Assembly (NCBI GenBank): GCA_963991145.1
Contig: CAXDOZ010000002.1
Span: forward strand, 1-63,235
Length of the DNA: 63,235 nt
Reading direction: 5' to 3'
Source of the DNA: an uncultured Chitinophagales bacterium
Lineage (GTDB): Bacteria > Bacteroidota > Bacteroidia > Chitinophagales > JABDMM01
In this document: positions 37,690 through 46,357 of the stretch, one piece after another
How the letters are laid out: each line of letters opens with the position of its first letter
How positions within the stretch are numbered: position 1 is the stretch's first letter
Notes under the pieces: generated by a model
Told to the model about the DNA's origin: nothing
Databases searched by the model: none
Seen by the model: the letters and a program-made list of their open reading frames with translations, nothing else
Program-made: the position numbers and the translations under genes

Positions 37690-39008
37690 TCTTCTATCTC
37701 AAGCGGCTCGTTTTCTTCTGTTGAGCCAATGGCGTCCTGCATCATTCCGGTGTCGATTGACTTTGAGGATTTGGCACCCATCTTTTTCAGGTTTTCGATC
37801 TTCCCAACAATGTTCCCTCTGCCATCAACCAGTTTGTTTCTGGCCTCCAGATAGGTCTTCTTGGAGGTATCAATTTGCCTTCCAAGCTTTTCAAGATCCT
37901 CTACGAAGCCAACAAATTTATCGTAGAGCTTTCCGGCCTCTTCAGCAATTTTTGTCGCATTTCGAGTCTGGTTTTCCTGACGCCAAATACTGGCAATTGC
38001 TCTCAAACTTGCAAGCAGGGTAGAGGGAGATGCAATTACAATTTGCTGGTCAAGGGCTTTTGTGAATAAGCTATCATCCAATGATAATGCAAGACTAAAG
38101 GCTGGCTCAACCGGGATAAAGAGAAAAACAAAATCCAATGTTTTCACTCCATTGAGGTTCTGATAGCGCTTTTCAGAAAGTTCCTTGATATGCTTCCGAA
38201 CAGAGTCGAGGTGAGCTTTAGCTGCCTGCTCTCTCTCTTCATCGGTATCTGCATTTACAAATCGGTCATAGGCAACCAGTGAAACTTTAGAATCAATGAT
38301 CAGGTCCTTATCATCCGGGAGGTGAACGATCACATCCGGTTTCCTTGAGCCTCCTGTTTCATCATCAGTAAGATTGCTCTGAGTTTCGTACTCTACACCT
38401 TTCTTTAAACCTGAATGCTCTAACAGTTTCTCCAGAATTTGCTCACCCCAGGTACCCTGAGTTTTGGATTCGCCTCGAAGTGCCTTTACCAGACTCTGAG
38501 CATCTTCCGACATCTGGTTATTCAACCTTGTCAGGTTTGTGATCTGTTCTTTCAGAGTGGCGTGATGCTCTATGCTTTCTTTTGAGTTCTTTTCTACCTT
38601 CTCCTCGAAGTTTTTGATCTTCTCTGAAAGAGGATTCAGAAGCGTTTGCAGGCTTTCTTTATTGGTTTCTTTGAAGGACTTTCCTTTCTCCTCGAAGATC
38701 TTGTTTGCAAGATTCTCAAACTCACGAGTCATTTCTCTTCTCACCCTCGCGATCTCTTCTTGCTGTTCACTTAGCTTTTGCTCTAGATTTTCATTGTTTG
38801 CTCTTTCGGCAGCAATCTCAGAGATCACTTTCTCCTTTGCTTCTCTTTCGATCTTCAGCTCGCTGGCACTATCATTTAACTGTTCTTCAAGTGAGCGAAC
38901 ACGCTCTTCCAGAATTCCACTATTGTCCTCCTCTCTCTTTGAACGAGCAAAGAAAAAGCCAGCGACCGCACCAACGATCAATCCAATTATCAAAAATCCG
39001 TAACTCAT
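37686..39008 (-). CDS. rmuC: DNA recombination protein RmuC
   Basis: 440 aa with an N-terminal TM anchor, a long coiled coil and an RmuC nuclease-like C-terminal domain (PDVIVHLPDDKDLIIDSK). Confidence 0.85.
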   Translation of the reverse strand: MSYGFLIIGLIVGAVAGFFFARSKREEDNSGILEERVRSLEEQLNDSASELKIEREAKEKVISEIAAERANNENLEQKLSEQQEEIARVRREMTREFENLANKIFEEKGKSFKETNKESLQTLLNPLSEKIKNFEEKVEKNSKESIEHHATLKEQITNLTRLNNQMSEDAQSLVKALRGESKTQGTWGEQILEKLLEHSGLKKGVEYETQSNLTDDETGGSRKPDVIVHLPDDKDLIIDSKVSLVAYDRFVNADTDEEREQAAKAHLDSVRKHIKELSEKRYQNLNGVKTLDFVFLFIPVEPAFSLALSLDDSLFTKALDQQIVIASPSTLLASLRAIASIWRQENQTRNATKIAEEAGKLYDKFVGFVEDLEKLGRQIDTSKKTYLEARNKLVDGRGNIVGKIENLKKMGAKSSKSIDTGMMQDAIGSTEENEPLEIED

Positions 39009-39155
39009 AATTTCGCTGTGACTTGTTTAAAGGTAAACTCAATCGGCTGCTAAGCCTCCTCACTAATCAACATGTTACTAAGGTATTTGAGTAAACCGCA
39101 ACCTATCTGCGCTGTTAAATCTTACCTAATCTTATCTTTGCACCAAGTACTAGTT

Positions 39156-40343
39156 ATGCCCAATTCCGAATCTATTTCTTTCGACAACACTGAGCTTGCT
39201 TACAAGCATCTGAGCAGGAAGGAATTGAACCATGCGACCAAGCTATTCAAATTGCTCAATCAACGCTCATTGGTGAGTCTGGGGACAGCAATGACGGAGA
39301 TAGCAATGAAGATCCACTTGCCGATCACTCCCTTTGTGAAGCCGATCATTTTTGACCATTTCTGCGGCGGAGAAACACTTGCTGAAACAAAGAAGCTGGT
39401 CAACAAGCTCGCCACATATGATATGGGTGTGATGCTTAACTACGGGGTGGAAGCGATCAAATCTGAAAAGGGCTTTGACCAAACACTTGCCATCAATACA
39501 GAAGCGGTTGAATACGCAGCTGAGAACCCAACGGTTCAGGTTGTTTGTGTCAAGGTTTCAGGCTTTGGACGATTCGAACTCTTCGAAAAGAAACAGGCAC
39601 AAGGCGAACTTAGTGAAGAAGAACAGATTGAGTACAATCGAATTCTTAACCGCCTTGATTCCCTATGTAAGCGCGCAGTAGAACTTGGTGTTTGTTTGTA
39701 CATGGATGCAGAAGAAACCTGGATTCAGGATGTTCTTGACGAGATCACAAATGATCTGATGAAGAAGTATAATAAGGGGAATGCCTGGATCTACAATACT
39801 TTCCAAATGTATCGTCATGATCGCCTTGAGTATTTAAGGGAGATGATTGGCCTAGCAAAGGCAGAAGGCTTTGTTCTCGGAGCCAAGCTTGTACGTGGAG
39901 CTTATGTAGAAAAGGAAAGAGAGTACGCGAAAGATCACGGTTTAACAGACCCTATTCAACCCAATAAGGCAGCCACCGACCGCGATTACGACCTGGCTGT
40001 AACTCTATGCTTTGAGAACCTCGACCATGTTGCGGTTTGTATCGCATCTCATAATGAAGAATCAAACCTAAGGGCAGTTGATATTATGGATCAAATGGGA
40101 ATTGATAGAAAGCACCCGAACATCTGGTTTTCTCAACTCTATGGAATGGGAGACCATATCTCATTTAACCTTGCAGCCTTCGGAGTCAATGCAACAAAGT
40201 ATGTTCCCTATGGTCCGGTTGATAAAGTGATTCCTTACCTGATTCGTCGAGCCGATGAGAACAGCTCAGTTGGTGGACAGATGAGTAGGGAGCTTAAGCT
40301 GCTTATCGCAGAACAGAAAAGACGCCGAACGCAAGGGAAATAG
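39156..40343 (+). CDS. Proline dehydrogenase family protein (monofunctional PutA-like PRODH)
   Basis: The ORF is open from 39072. I chose the ATG at 39156 (MPNSESISF...). Shows a TIM-barrel PRODH-like sequence with the C-terminal YLIRRADENSS motif. Confidence 0.8.
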   Translation: MPNSESISFDNTELAYKHLSRKELNHATKLFKLLNQRSLVSLGTAMTEIAMKIHLPITPFVKPIIFDHFCGGETLAETKKLVNKLATYDMGVMLNYGVEAIKSEKGFDQTLAINTEAVEYAAENPTVQVVCVKVSGFGRFELFEKKQAQGELSEEEQIEYNRILNRLDSLCKRAVELGVCLYMDAEETWIQDVLDEITNDLMKKYNKGNAWIYNTFQMYRHDRLEYLREMIGLAKAEGFVLGAKLVRGAYVEKEREYAKDHGLTDPIQPNKAATDRDYDLAVTLCFENLDHVAVCIASHNEESNLRAVDIMDQMGIDRKHPNIWFSQLYGMGDHISFNLAAFGVNATKYVPYGPVDKVIPYLIRRADENSSVGGQMSRELKLLIAEQKRRRTQGK

Positions 40344-40367
40344 GTGATGGTTTCTTTATTGAATGTA

Positions 40368-40461
40368 GTTAATGTGGCTAATGTGGTCAATGAGTTTGAG
40401 ATTGATTGTAGGGCCACAACTCTAATTTTCACATTATCCTATTACCCCATTACCATATTAT
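40368..40461 (+). repeat. Intergenic repeat element, copy 1 (94 bp)
   Basis: 92/94 identical to 40629-40722. The 5' part has TAATGTGG x2 in 9-nt phase. The 3' part has four phased octamers ATTATCCT ATTACCCC ATTACCAT ATTATCGA. Confidence 0.85.
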
Positions 40462-40628
40462 CGATTAGTAAGTAGGGGTGGGTTTAAAAACGTTTGTGCC
40501 ACCTCTAACCCTTCGCTGCAAGCTACGGGTTACGCGGCCCTGTGATCAAGATCGTAGTTCTACTCTAGAGTTCTTTGTGGCATTTAGTATCTGCAGGAAT
40601 TGCATTTGTTGTTGTACTGCCTTCACAA

Positions 40629-40722
40629 GTTAATGTGGTTAATGTGATCAATGAGTTTGAGATTGATTGTAGGGCCACAACTCTAATTTTCACATTATCC
40701 TATTACCCCATTACCATATTAT
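40629..40722 (+). repeat. Intergenic repeat element, copy 2 (94 bp), overlapping the stop codon of the MMPL gene
   Basis: Direct repeat of 40368-40461 with only two substitutions (40639 and 40647). The two copies are separated by a 167-bp unique, more GC-rich spacer. Confidence 0.85.
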
Positions 40723-42962
40723 TTTATCTTCCACGCTCTTACCAGAACCGGAATAATCAGCAGATCTGCAAAAAGAGCAGTAAACAGGGTCAGACTTATC
40801 AGCAGCCCTGCATTAAAAGTGGCTGGGTTCTTTGAGAAAAGCAGAATTGAGAATCCAACGAAAAGAATGACAGTGGTGATCAGGATCGCTTGCCCGGTCT
40901 CAATAAAGGTATGTCGGAGGGCGCGTTCGGTGCTTCTGCCCTTGGCAAGCTCAAGCTTGAATTTTGAAAGGAAGTGAATGGTATCGTCGACAGCAATTCC
41001 AAAACTGATCGCGAAGATGATGCTAGTTGGTGCGTCGAATTGAATATTCAGGAATCCGATCGCAGCTGCACCTACTACAAGTGGTAAAAGATTCGGTACC
41101 AGAGAAATGACCACCATTTTGAAATTCTTAAACAGTAATGCCATCAGTAAACTCACAGCCAGGAATGCTATCATTAATCCGGTGATCAAACTCTGACGCA
41201 GATACACATTGTTTTTGTCAACCAGAATTCCAGTACCTGTTTGTCTAAAGGTTGCTATATCCGGGTCAGTGTACGTAGTAATGAAGCTGTCAACCTTTCC
41301 CTGAATAAGCCTAATATCCTCAAATCCGATGTCTCTGATCTGACCGGAAATCCGCGCGAAGCGCAGATCCTCGCTTACTAAAATATTGACATCCCCTTTG
41401 ATTGGTGAACCAAAAGTAGACTCTAGTTTCTTCAACTTCTTTTCAGTAGTCGGAAGTTTATAGTAGGATTGTACATCTCCCCAATAGCCTCGGTTTAAGC
41501 TCTTATACAAGGTTGTGACTGAATTCACAGCCCCGATCTCCGGTATGGTCTTAAGGAGCTGTTCGATAGTATCAATCTGCTCCAGGACAGCTAGATCAGT
41601 AACCTGCATACTATCACCTGCGGTGACCATAATTTCAAAAGGCCTGAATCCATAAAATTGCTTCTCGAAGAATTCAAAGTCGGCAATGATCCTCGAATCG
41701 CGAGGTATGGTATTATAGACCTTCGTATCGTCAGTTATGCTTGATATGCCCCAGGCAGAAATTCCAATCACGATTGCTATCCCAACCAGGATCTCTCTTG
41801 GTCTTTGCTTTGTGAAATAGTAGAACCCGAGAAGCCATTTCTTCATCCACTTCAGATTCGCTCGCGGACGTTGAATTCGCTCGACCTTCACTCCGGCAAG
41901 TATGGCGCTTACAAAAAGGATCACCGTGATATAAGCGATCATTACTCCAATTGCACAAGTAATTCCAAACAATCTTATCGGAACAATTCTCGAAGTAAGA
42001 AGTGTGGTGAAACCAATAGCAGTTGTAAGTGAGGTCATTAATGTAGCGACACCAATTTCTCTAATGGTAATATTTAGCGCTTGGCGCCGATTATAACCCT
42101 TCTGTAATTGATCGGTATAATTGGAGAAGACATGTACCACATCAGATATCCCTACAATTACCATCAGAACCGGATAAAGCGCGCTTACCAGATCGAGTGG
42201 AGTTTTAGATATTGCTACATAACCCATGAAGAGCGACATGGATATTCCCACAGCCAGCAGAGCAATTACTACAGCTGCCAATCTTCGGAAGATCAGCCAA
42301 AACACGAGGGCAACCAATAAGGCTGAAAGTGCTGTGCTGATAATGAATTCCTGCTGTTGCAGTTCAACGATCTCCTTTTGAAAGAAGGCTTTCCCGAGTA
42401 GATGAATGTCCTCTAATCCGGCATCGGCCGCCAGGCTGTCAATTTGCCGGATCAATAAGGCACTTTCTGGCTGTCCAAGGCTGTCGAGGGTCTTAACAAT
42501 GATACACAAGGTCTTGCCATCCGCTGAGACCATTCGACCATTATAGCGCTCGTCCTGAGCGATCCAGGCACTATCGCGTGCGAGCTTTTCAGGATCCTCG
42601 AAGTTCAAAACAGGGTAGGAGGTAACGAGGAATTGTGCTTTTACAAATCTCCTTTCAACAGTAACCGAGGTACTTGCCTTTACATATTCAAGGCTGTCAC
42701 AAGCTCTGGTAAGGAGATGAGCTTTTGCCAGGAATGCAGAATCGTAAATACTGGGTTCATTCTGGATACCGATCAGTACGAAGTTGTCGTCTGGTTCAAA
42801 ATGAGTTCTGAACTCGTTAAAGAAGTCTACGTCCTCATCTCCATCGGGGAAGAACCGTTCGAAATCATAAATGAACTGGATATCCTGTGCTCTCCACAAG
42901 CTGATCGCTGTTAAGCATACAAAGGCAATTAGGATAGGAAGCCTGAACTTGAGGATAAACAT
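40719..42962 (-). CDS. MMPL/RND-superfamily transporter (two sterol-sensing-like 6-TM bundles; HpnN-like lipid exporter type)
   Basis: 747 aa with a duplicated architecture (TM1, periplasmic loop, 5 TM, twice) and RND/MMPL-like conserved TM motifs. Confidence 0.75.
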   Translation of the reverse strand: MFILKFRLPILIAFVCLTAISLWRAQDIQFIYDFERFFPDGDEDVDFFNEFRTHFEPDDNFVLIGIQNEPSIYDSAFLAKAHLLTRACDSLEYVKASTSVTVERRFVKAQFLVTSYPVLNFEDPEKLARDSAWIAQDERYNGRMVSADGKTLCIIVKTLDSLGQPESALLIRQIDSLAADAGLEDIHLLGKAFFQKEIVELQQQEFIISTALSALLVALVFWLIFRRLAAVVIALLAVGISMSLFMGYVAISKTPLDLVSALYPVLMVIVGISDVVHVFSNYTDQLQKGYNRRQALNITIREIGVATLMTSLTTAIGFTTLLTSRIVPIRLFGITCAIGVMIAYITVILFVSAILAGVKVERIQRPRANLKWMKKWLLGFYYFTKQRPREILVGIAIVIGISAWGISSITDDTKVYNTIPRDSRIIADFEFFEKQFYGFRPFEIMVTAGDSMQVTDLAVLEQIDTIEQLLKTIPEIGAVNSVTTLYKSLNRGYWGDVQSYYKLPTTEKKLKKLESTFGSPIKGDVNILVSEDLRFARISGQIRDIGFEDIRLIQGKVDSFITTYTDPDIATFRQTGTGILVDKNNVYLRQSLITGLMIAFLAVSLLMALLFKNFKMVVISLVPNLLPLVVGAAAIGFLNIQFDAPTSIIFAISFGIAVDDTIHFLSKFKLELAKGRSTERALRHTFIETGQAILITTVILFVGFSILLFSKNPATFNAGLLISLTLFTALFADLLIIPVLVRAWKIK

Positions 42963-43100
42963 TACAGTGGCAAGAACGCTTTAGATACCAATTGGTTGAA
43001 TAAACCTGTGTTGAAAGAATTTGACTTCAATTTTCGACGGAAGGCCTTTAATTTGATTACAAGACTACGAGAAATTCTATTGGCCTGAATACCGAGGAGC

Positions 43101-43982
43101 ATGCAGCAGTATCACGATCTTTTACAGAGAATTTTAGATGAAGGAGCCCAAAAGGGAGACCGCACAGGAACCGGGACTTTGAGCGTCTTCGGGCATCAAA
43201 TGCGTTTCGACCTTTCTGAGGGTTTTCCGCTTATCACTACCAAGAAACTTCACCTTAAATCGATCATACACGAATTGCTGTGGTTCCTTACCGGGGATAC
43301 TAATATTCAATATCTGGCTCAGAACAAAGTGCGCATCTGGGATGATTGGCCATATGCTCATTATAAAGACAGTGATGAGTTTGCCGGTGAAGATATCCGC
43401 GAGTTTGCTGAGCGCGTGGCAAATGATGATGCTTTTGCTCAAAAATGGGGAAAGCTGGGCCCTGTTTATGGTTACCAATGGAGATCATGGCCTTCGGCCG
43501 ATGGTGGTCATATTGACCAGATCAAGCAGGTGATGAACATGCTGGAGAATAATCCAAACAGCCGACGCATGATCGTTTGCGCATGGAATGTTGGGCAGAT
43601 CGAACAAATGGCTTTACCTCCATGTCACTGTATGTTCCAATTCTATGTGGCAGATGGTAAGCTAAGTTGCCAGCTTTATCAGCGCAGCGCAGATACTTTC
43701 CTTGGAGTTCCATTCAATATTGCTTCTTATGCATTGCTCACGCACATGATGGCTCAGGTGCTTGGTTTAGAGGCAGGAGACTTCGTTCACACCTTTGGCG
43801 ATGTTCATCTCTATCTTAACCACATCGATCAGGCTCAGGAGCAATTAACAAGAGATTTTCGACCACTTCCACAATTGAAGATGAACCCGGAGGTTAAATC
43901 TCTGTTTGACTTCAAGTACGAGGATTTTGAGATCCTTGGCTACGATCCGCATCCGCATATCAAGGCTGCGGTTTCGGTTTAG
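43101..43982 (+). CDS. thyA: Thymidylate synthase (ThyA), with a ~30-aa insertion after IWDDW
   Basis: 293 aa with [17 protein letters not shown] and catalytic Cys in [12 protein letters not shown]. Extra residues sit between IWDDW and LGPVYG (about nt 43350-43451). Confidence 0.95.
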   Translation: MQQYHDLLQRILDEGAQKGDRTGTGTLSVFGHQMRFDLSEGFPLITTKKLHLKSIIHELLWFLTGDTNIQYLAQNKVRIWDDWPYAHYKDSDEFAGEDIREFAERVANDDAFAQKWGKLGPVYGYQWRSWPSADGGHIDQIKQVMNMLENNPNSRRMIVCAWNVGQIEQMALPPCHCMFQFYVADGKLSCQLYQRSADTFLGVPFNIASYALLTHMMAQVLGLEAGDFVHTFGDVHLYLNHIDQAQEQLTRDFRPLPQLKMNPEVKSLFDFKYEDFEILGYDPHPHIKAAVSV

Positions 43983-44000
43983 AATTCTTTAATTACAGTT

Positions 44001-44390
44001 ATGGCTGAAGAGGATAGGGATAAGATTTTAGATCTGCCCGAAAAAGGCAGGTCCAGGCCTCAACGATTTGATCTGTTTATCATGCTCTCACTTGGAATTA
44101 TCCTGGTGGGTTTGTTATTCAAGATCATGCATTGGCCATTTGGCAGTGAGCTTACTGTAATCGGCGCGATAGCGCTCACCATTTCCTATGGATTGCGCTT
44201 TGCACTCTCTCCTCAAAAATCCATGCTGGACCTTTTACGCCTGGTCTTTGGTTCGGCTTTACTTGTTTCCATTATCCTGAATATGACAGGTTTTAGATAC
44301 GGAGATACGTTGATAACATTCGCCATGTGGCTCCTCTTGCCTATCCTAGTTTTGTGGCTGATTTCATACTTTCGACCCAATGACAAATAA
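44001..44390 (+). CDS. Small integral membrane protein (4 predicted TM), unknown function
   Basis: 129-aa ORF between thyA and folA that overlaps the folA start by 11 nt. Contains the LFKIMHWPFG motif seen in small Bacteroidota membrane proteins. Confidence 0.6.
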   Translation: MAEEDRDKILDLPEKGRSRPQRFDLFIMLSLGIILVGLLFKIMHWPFGSELTVIGAIALTISYGLRFALSPQKSMLDLLRLVFGSALLVSIILNMTGFRYGDTLITFAMWLLLPILVLWLISYFRPNDK

Positions 44391-44904
44391 GCCTGTTAAG
44401 ATCACAATGATAGCCGCAGCAGCGAAGAATCTCACAATTGGAAAATCAGGAGATCTGCCCTGGAGATTACCGGATGATATGAAGTTCTTCATGGATACTA
44501 CAACCGGTCACCCTGTTATCATGGGAAGGAAATCATACGAGGCGCTGCCTCCAAAATTTCGACCACTTCCAAATCGCACCAATATCATCGTGACGAGAAA
44601 TCAGGATTATCAGGCCAATGAAGCAGTGGTTCTCACTGATATCCAATCTGCCATTAAATACGCTGAGACGATTGAAGCTGAAGAGATCTTTATTACCGGA
44701 GGCGGGGAGATCTACAAGCTTGGCCTGGATCACGCTACGCATATCTACCTAACAGAGATTAATGCAGAGGTGGAAGGTGATGCTCATTTCCCTGAATTCG
44801 ATCGCTCAGAATGGCAGGAAGTTTGGAGAAAGCACCATCCTAAAGACGAACGCCACGGATTCGACTTCGACTTCGTCTTGTATGCGAGGAATGAGGAAAA
44901 ATAG
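44380..44904 (+). CDS. folA: Dihydrofolate reductase
   Basis: 174 aa with IAAAAKNLTIGKSGDLPWRLPDDMKFF, PLPNRTNIIVTR and ITGGGEIY. Confidence 0.9.
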   Translation: MTNKPVKITMIAAAAKNLTIGKSGDLPWRLPDDMKFFMDTTTGHPVIMGRKSYEALPPKFRPLPNRTNIIVTRNQDYQANEAVVLTDIQSAIKYAETIEAEEIFITGGGEIYKLGLDHATHIYLTEINAEVEGDAHFPEFDRSEWQEVWRKHHPKDERHGFDFDFVLYARNEEK

Positions 44905-44958
44905 CTGAATCAATAGCTCATTTCCTTCGTAGATTAAACCTAGTTAATTGAAGAGCGT

Positions 44959-44976
44959 CCAATGATCGATCATTGG
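44959..44976. promoter_or_regulatory. Perfect 18-bp palindrome CCAATGATCGATCATTGG, candidate operator upstream of the five-gene operon
   Basis: The sequence is exactly self-complementary. It ends 17 nt before the ATG at 44994. Confidence 0.4.
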
Positions 44977-44993
44977 CTGAAGAATTTGAGCGC

Positions 44994-45851
44994 ATGAAGC
45001 AGATCTTACCCCTCTTTCTATTAATTTTTGCCTTTGCCTGTTCCAAGGATACGAACCTGATTCCCGGCAATACTGCTCCCCCGGATAATACGGTTGAGGA
45101 TCAGACCATCATCAACTACATCAATAAATCTTACATCAGTCTGCTAAGCAGAGAGCCTAACTCACAAGAGCTTCAAACTGCATTTGACGCCCTACGGGCG
45201 GATGATTTTTCAGACACATCCAGAGTTGAGTTCCTGCAGACTGTCATCGATGACCCGGCTTACCTGGATAACGTCTACGCGAATGCCAGAGAAGAACTTC
45301 TGAGAGGTGCAGACACAACTGATATATACATTCAATGGAATGGCTTAATGCAAGCCTTGAACGATCCAAACCTGGCTCCATTCTATCCTCTCATTCAGGA
45401 AGAGATAGATCGAATGGAGGATTTGATGGATGTTCCAGAAGATCTTGCCTCGGGCGCAATTGATGTTACTGAGATGTATAGGAGAGTGGTTAATAATTCC
45501 CTCTATGACGATTTCAATATGGGAACAGAGAATTTCATTATCTCCACTTTCCAATTCTTTTTACACCGATCTCCAACAGGCACTGAGTTAGAAGAGTGCA
45601 CCAAGATCGTAGACGATAATGAAGGTGTGATGTTCCTGCAAACAGGAGAGTCCAAAGATGATTATCTGGACATCTTCTTTGCCTCGGATGGATATTACGA
45701 GGGGCAGGTGATCTACCTCTATGAGAAGTATTTATTTAGGACGCCTCTTTCAGAGGAGATGAGTTTTTACGCACAGATCTATAAGGCAAATAATAATTAT
45801 CCTGAACTGCAGACTTTGATTCTGAGTCAGGATGAATTTGCTGGATTATAA
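44994..45851 (+). CDS. Lipoprotein with three DUF4214-like repeats, unknown function (operon gene 1)
   Basis: The ATG at 44994 gives MKQILPLFLLIFAFAC|SKD (lipobox). Repeated motifs are YISLLSREPNSQEL, FFLHRSPTGTEL and YLFRTPLSEEM. Confidence 0.7.
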   Translation: MKQILPLFLLIFAFACSKDTNLIPGNTAPPDNTVEDQTIINYINKSYISLLSREPNSQELQTAFDALRADDFSDTSRVEFLQTVIDDPAYLDNVYANAREELLRGADTTDIYIQWNGLMQALNDPNLAPFYPLIQEEIDRMEDLMDVPEDLASGAIDVTEMYRRVVNNSLYDDFNMGTENFIISTFQFFLHRSPTGTELEECTKIVDDNEGVMFLQTGESKDDYLDIFFASDGYYEGQVIYLYEKYLFRTPLSEEMSFYAQIYKANNNYPELQTLILSQDEFAGL

Positions 45852-45852
45852 A

Positions 45853-46347
45853 ATGAATGGCATGAGAAATTACCTGATCATTTTTGCTGCAATAGCCCTT
45901 AGCATGAGTGCCTGTAAGAAAGACTCGACTCCAGTATTCGGTGTCAATGATGTAGATGTAAGCTCGAATACCGGCGATAAGGATAACCTGAAGTCGGCAA
46001 CTGAATTCATTTCCATTGCCTACGCCGACATCTTTCAGACTACAGTGACTTCTCAAACTCTTGATGCTTTGACCGTCCCTTATGTAGCATTCGGAGATAA
46101 TACAGTGATTGAGGATATGATCATCAGGAACTTCCTGAACGAGCCAACTGCCATTATCCCAAGCGAGCAAGATATGAGAGCAGATATTCCTGCTTTCATC
46201 AATGAGGCCTATAGCAGGTTTTATAATCGTGAGCCCGATGCCTTTGAGGCATGGCAATGGGAAGAGTATATAAATAGTGATCAGGATCTCACGGTTGAGG
46301 TGATCTATTATGCATTTATGACTTCGGAGGAGTACAGGTACTATTAA
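45853..46347 (+). CDS. Lipoprotein with a DUF4214-like motif, unknown function (operon gene 2)
   Basis: The ATG at 45853, 1 nt after the gene 1 stop, gives MNGMRNYLIIFAAIALSMSAC|KKD. Carries the motif YSRFYNREPDAFEAW. Confidence 0.7.
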   Translation: MNGMRNYLIIFAAIALSMSACKKDSTPVFGVNDVDVSSNTGDKDNLKSATEFISIAYADIFQTTVTSQTLDALTVPYVAFGDNTVIEDMIIRNFLNEPTAIIPSEQDMRADIPAFINEAYSRFYNREPDAFEAWQWEEYINSDQDLTVEVIYYAFMTSEEYRYY

Positions 46348-46357
46348 TCGACAGCTT

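Noticed and set aside
38572-39010. Two plus-strand ORFs (143 and 101 aa) inside rmuC
   Set aside because: They lie antisense to the Glu/Lys-rich coiled-coil region of RmuC. That region automatically yields long Ser/Phe/Leu-rich open frames on the opposite strand. Their sequence is low-complexity and non-protein-like.
40344-40472. In-frame continuation after the proline dehydrogenase TAG stop (possible read-through or 41-aa ORF MVSLLNVVNVANVVNEFEIDCRATT...)
   Set aside because: The open frame runs through repeat copy 1, and the same repeat occurs elsewhere in non-equivalent contexts. The peptide looks non-proteinaceous. PRODH already ends with its normal C-terminal motif, so the shared frame is most simply coincidence.
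40478-40633. 51-aa Cys-rich ORF (GTG start; ...FSICRNCICCCTAFTS) in the spacer between the repeats; also the track ORF 40575-40835
   Set aside because: It has no ATG and no recognisable promoter or ribosome-binding context. There are no maturation or transport genes nearby that would suggest a RiPP or bacteriocin. The track ORF reads through repeat copy 2 and into the antisense of the MMPL gene. I keep it only as a remote possibility under the repeat finding.
40368-40722. Possible CRISPR array
   Set aside because: There are only two repeat copies. The repeats are 94 bp and the spacer 167 bp, far outside CRISPR dimensions. No cas genes are in the window.
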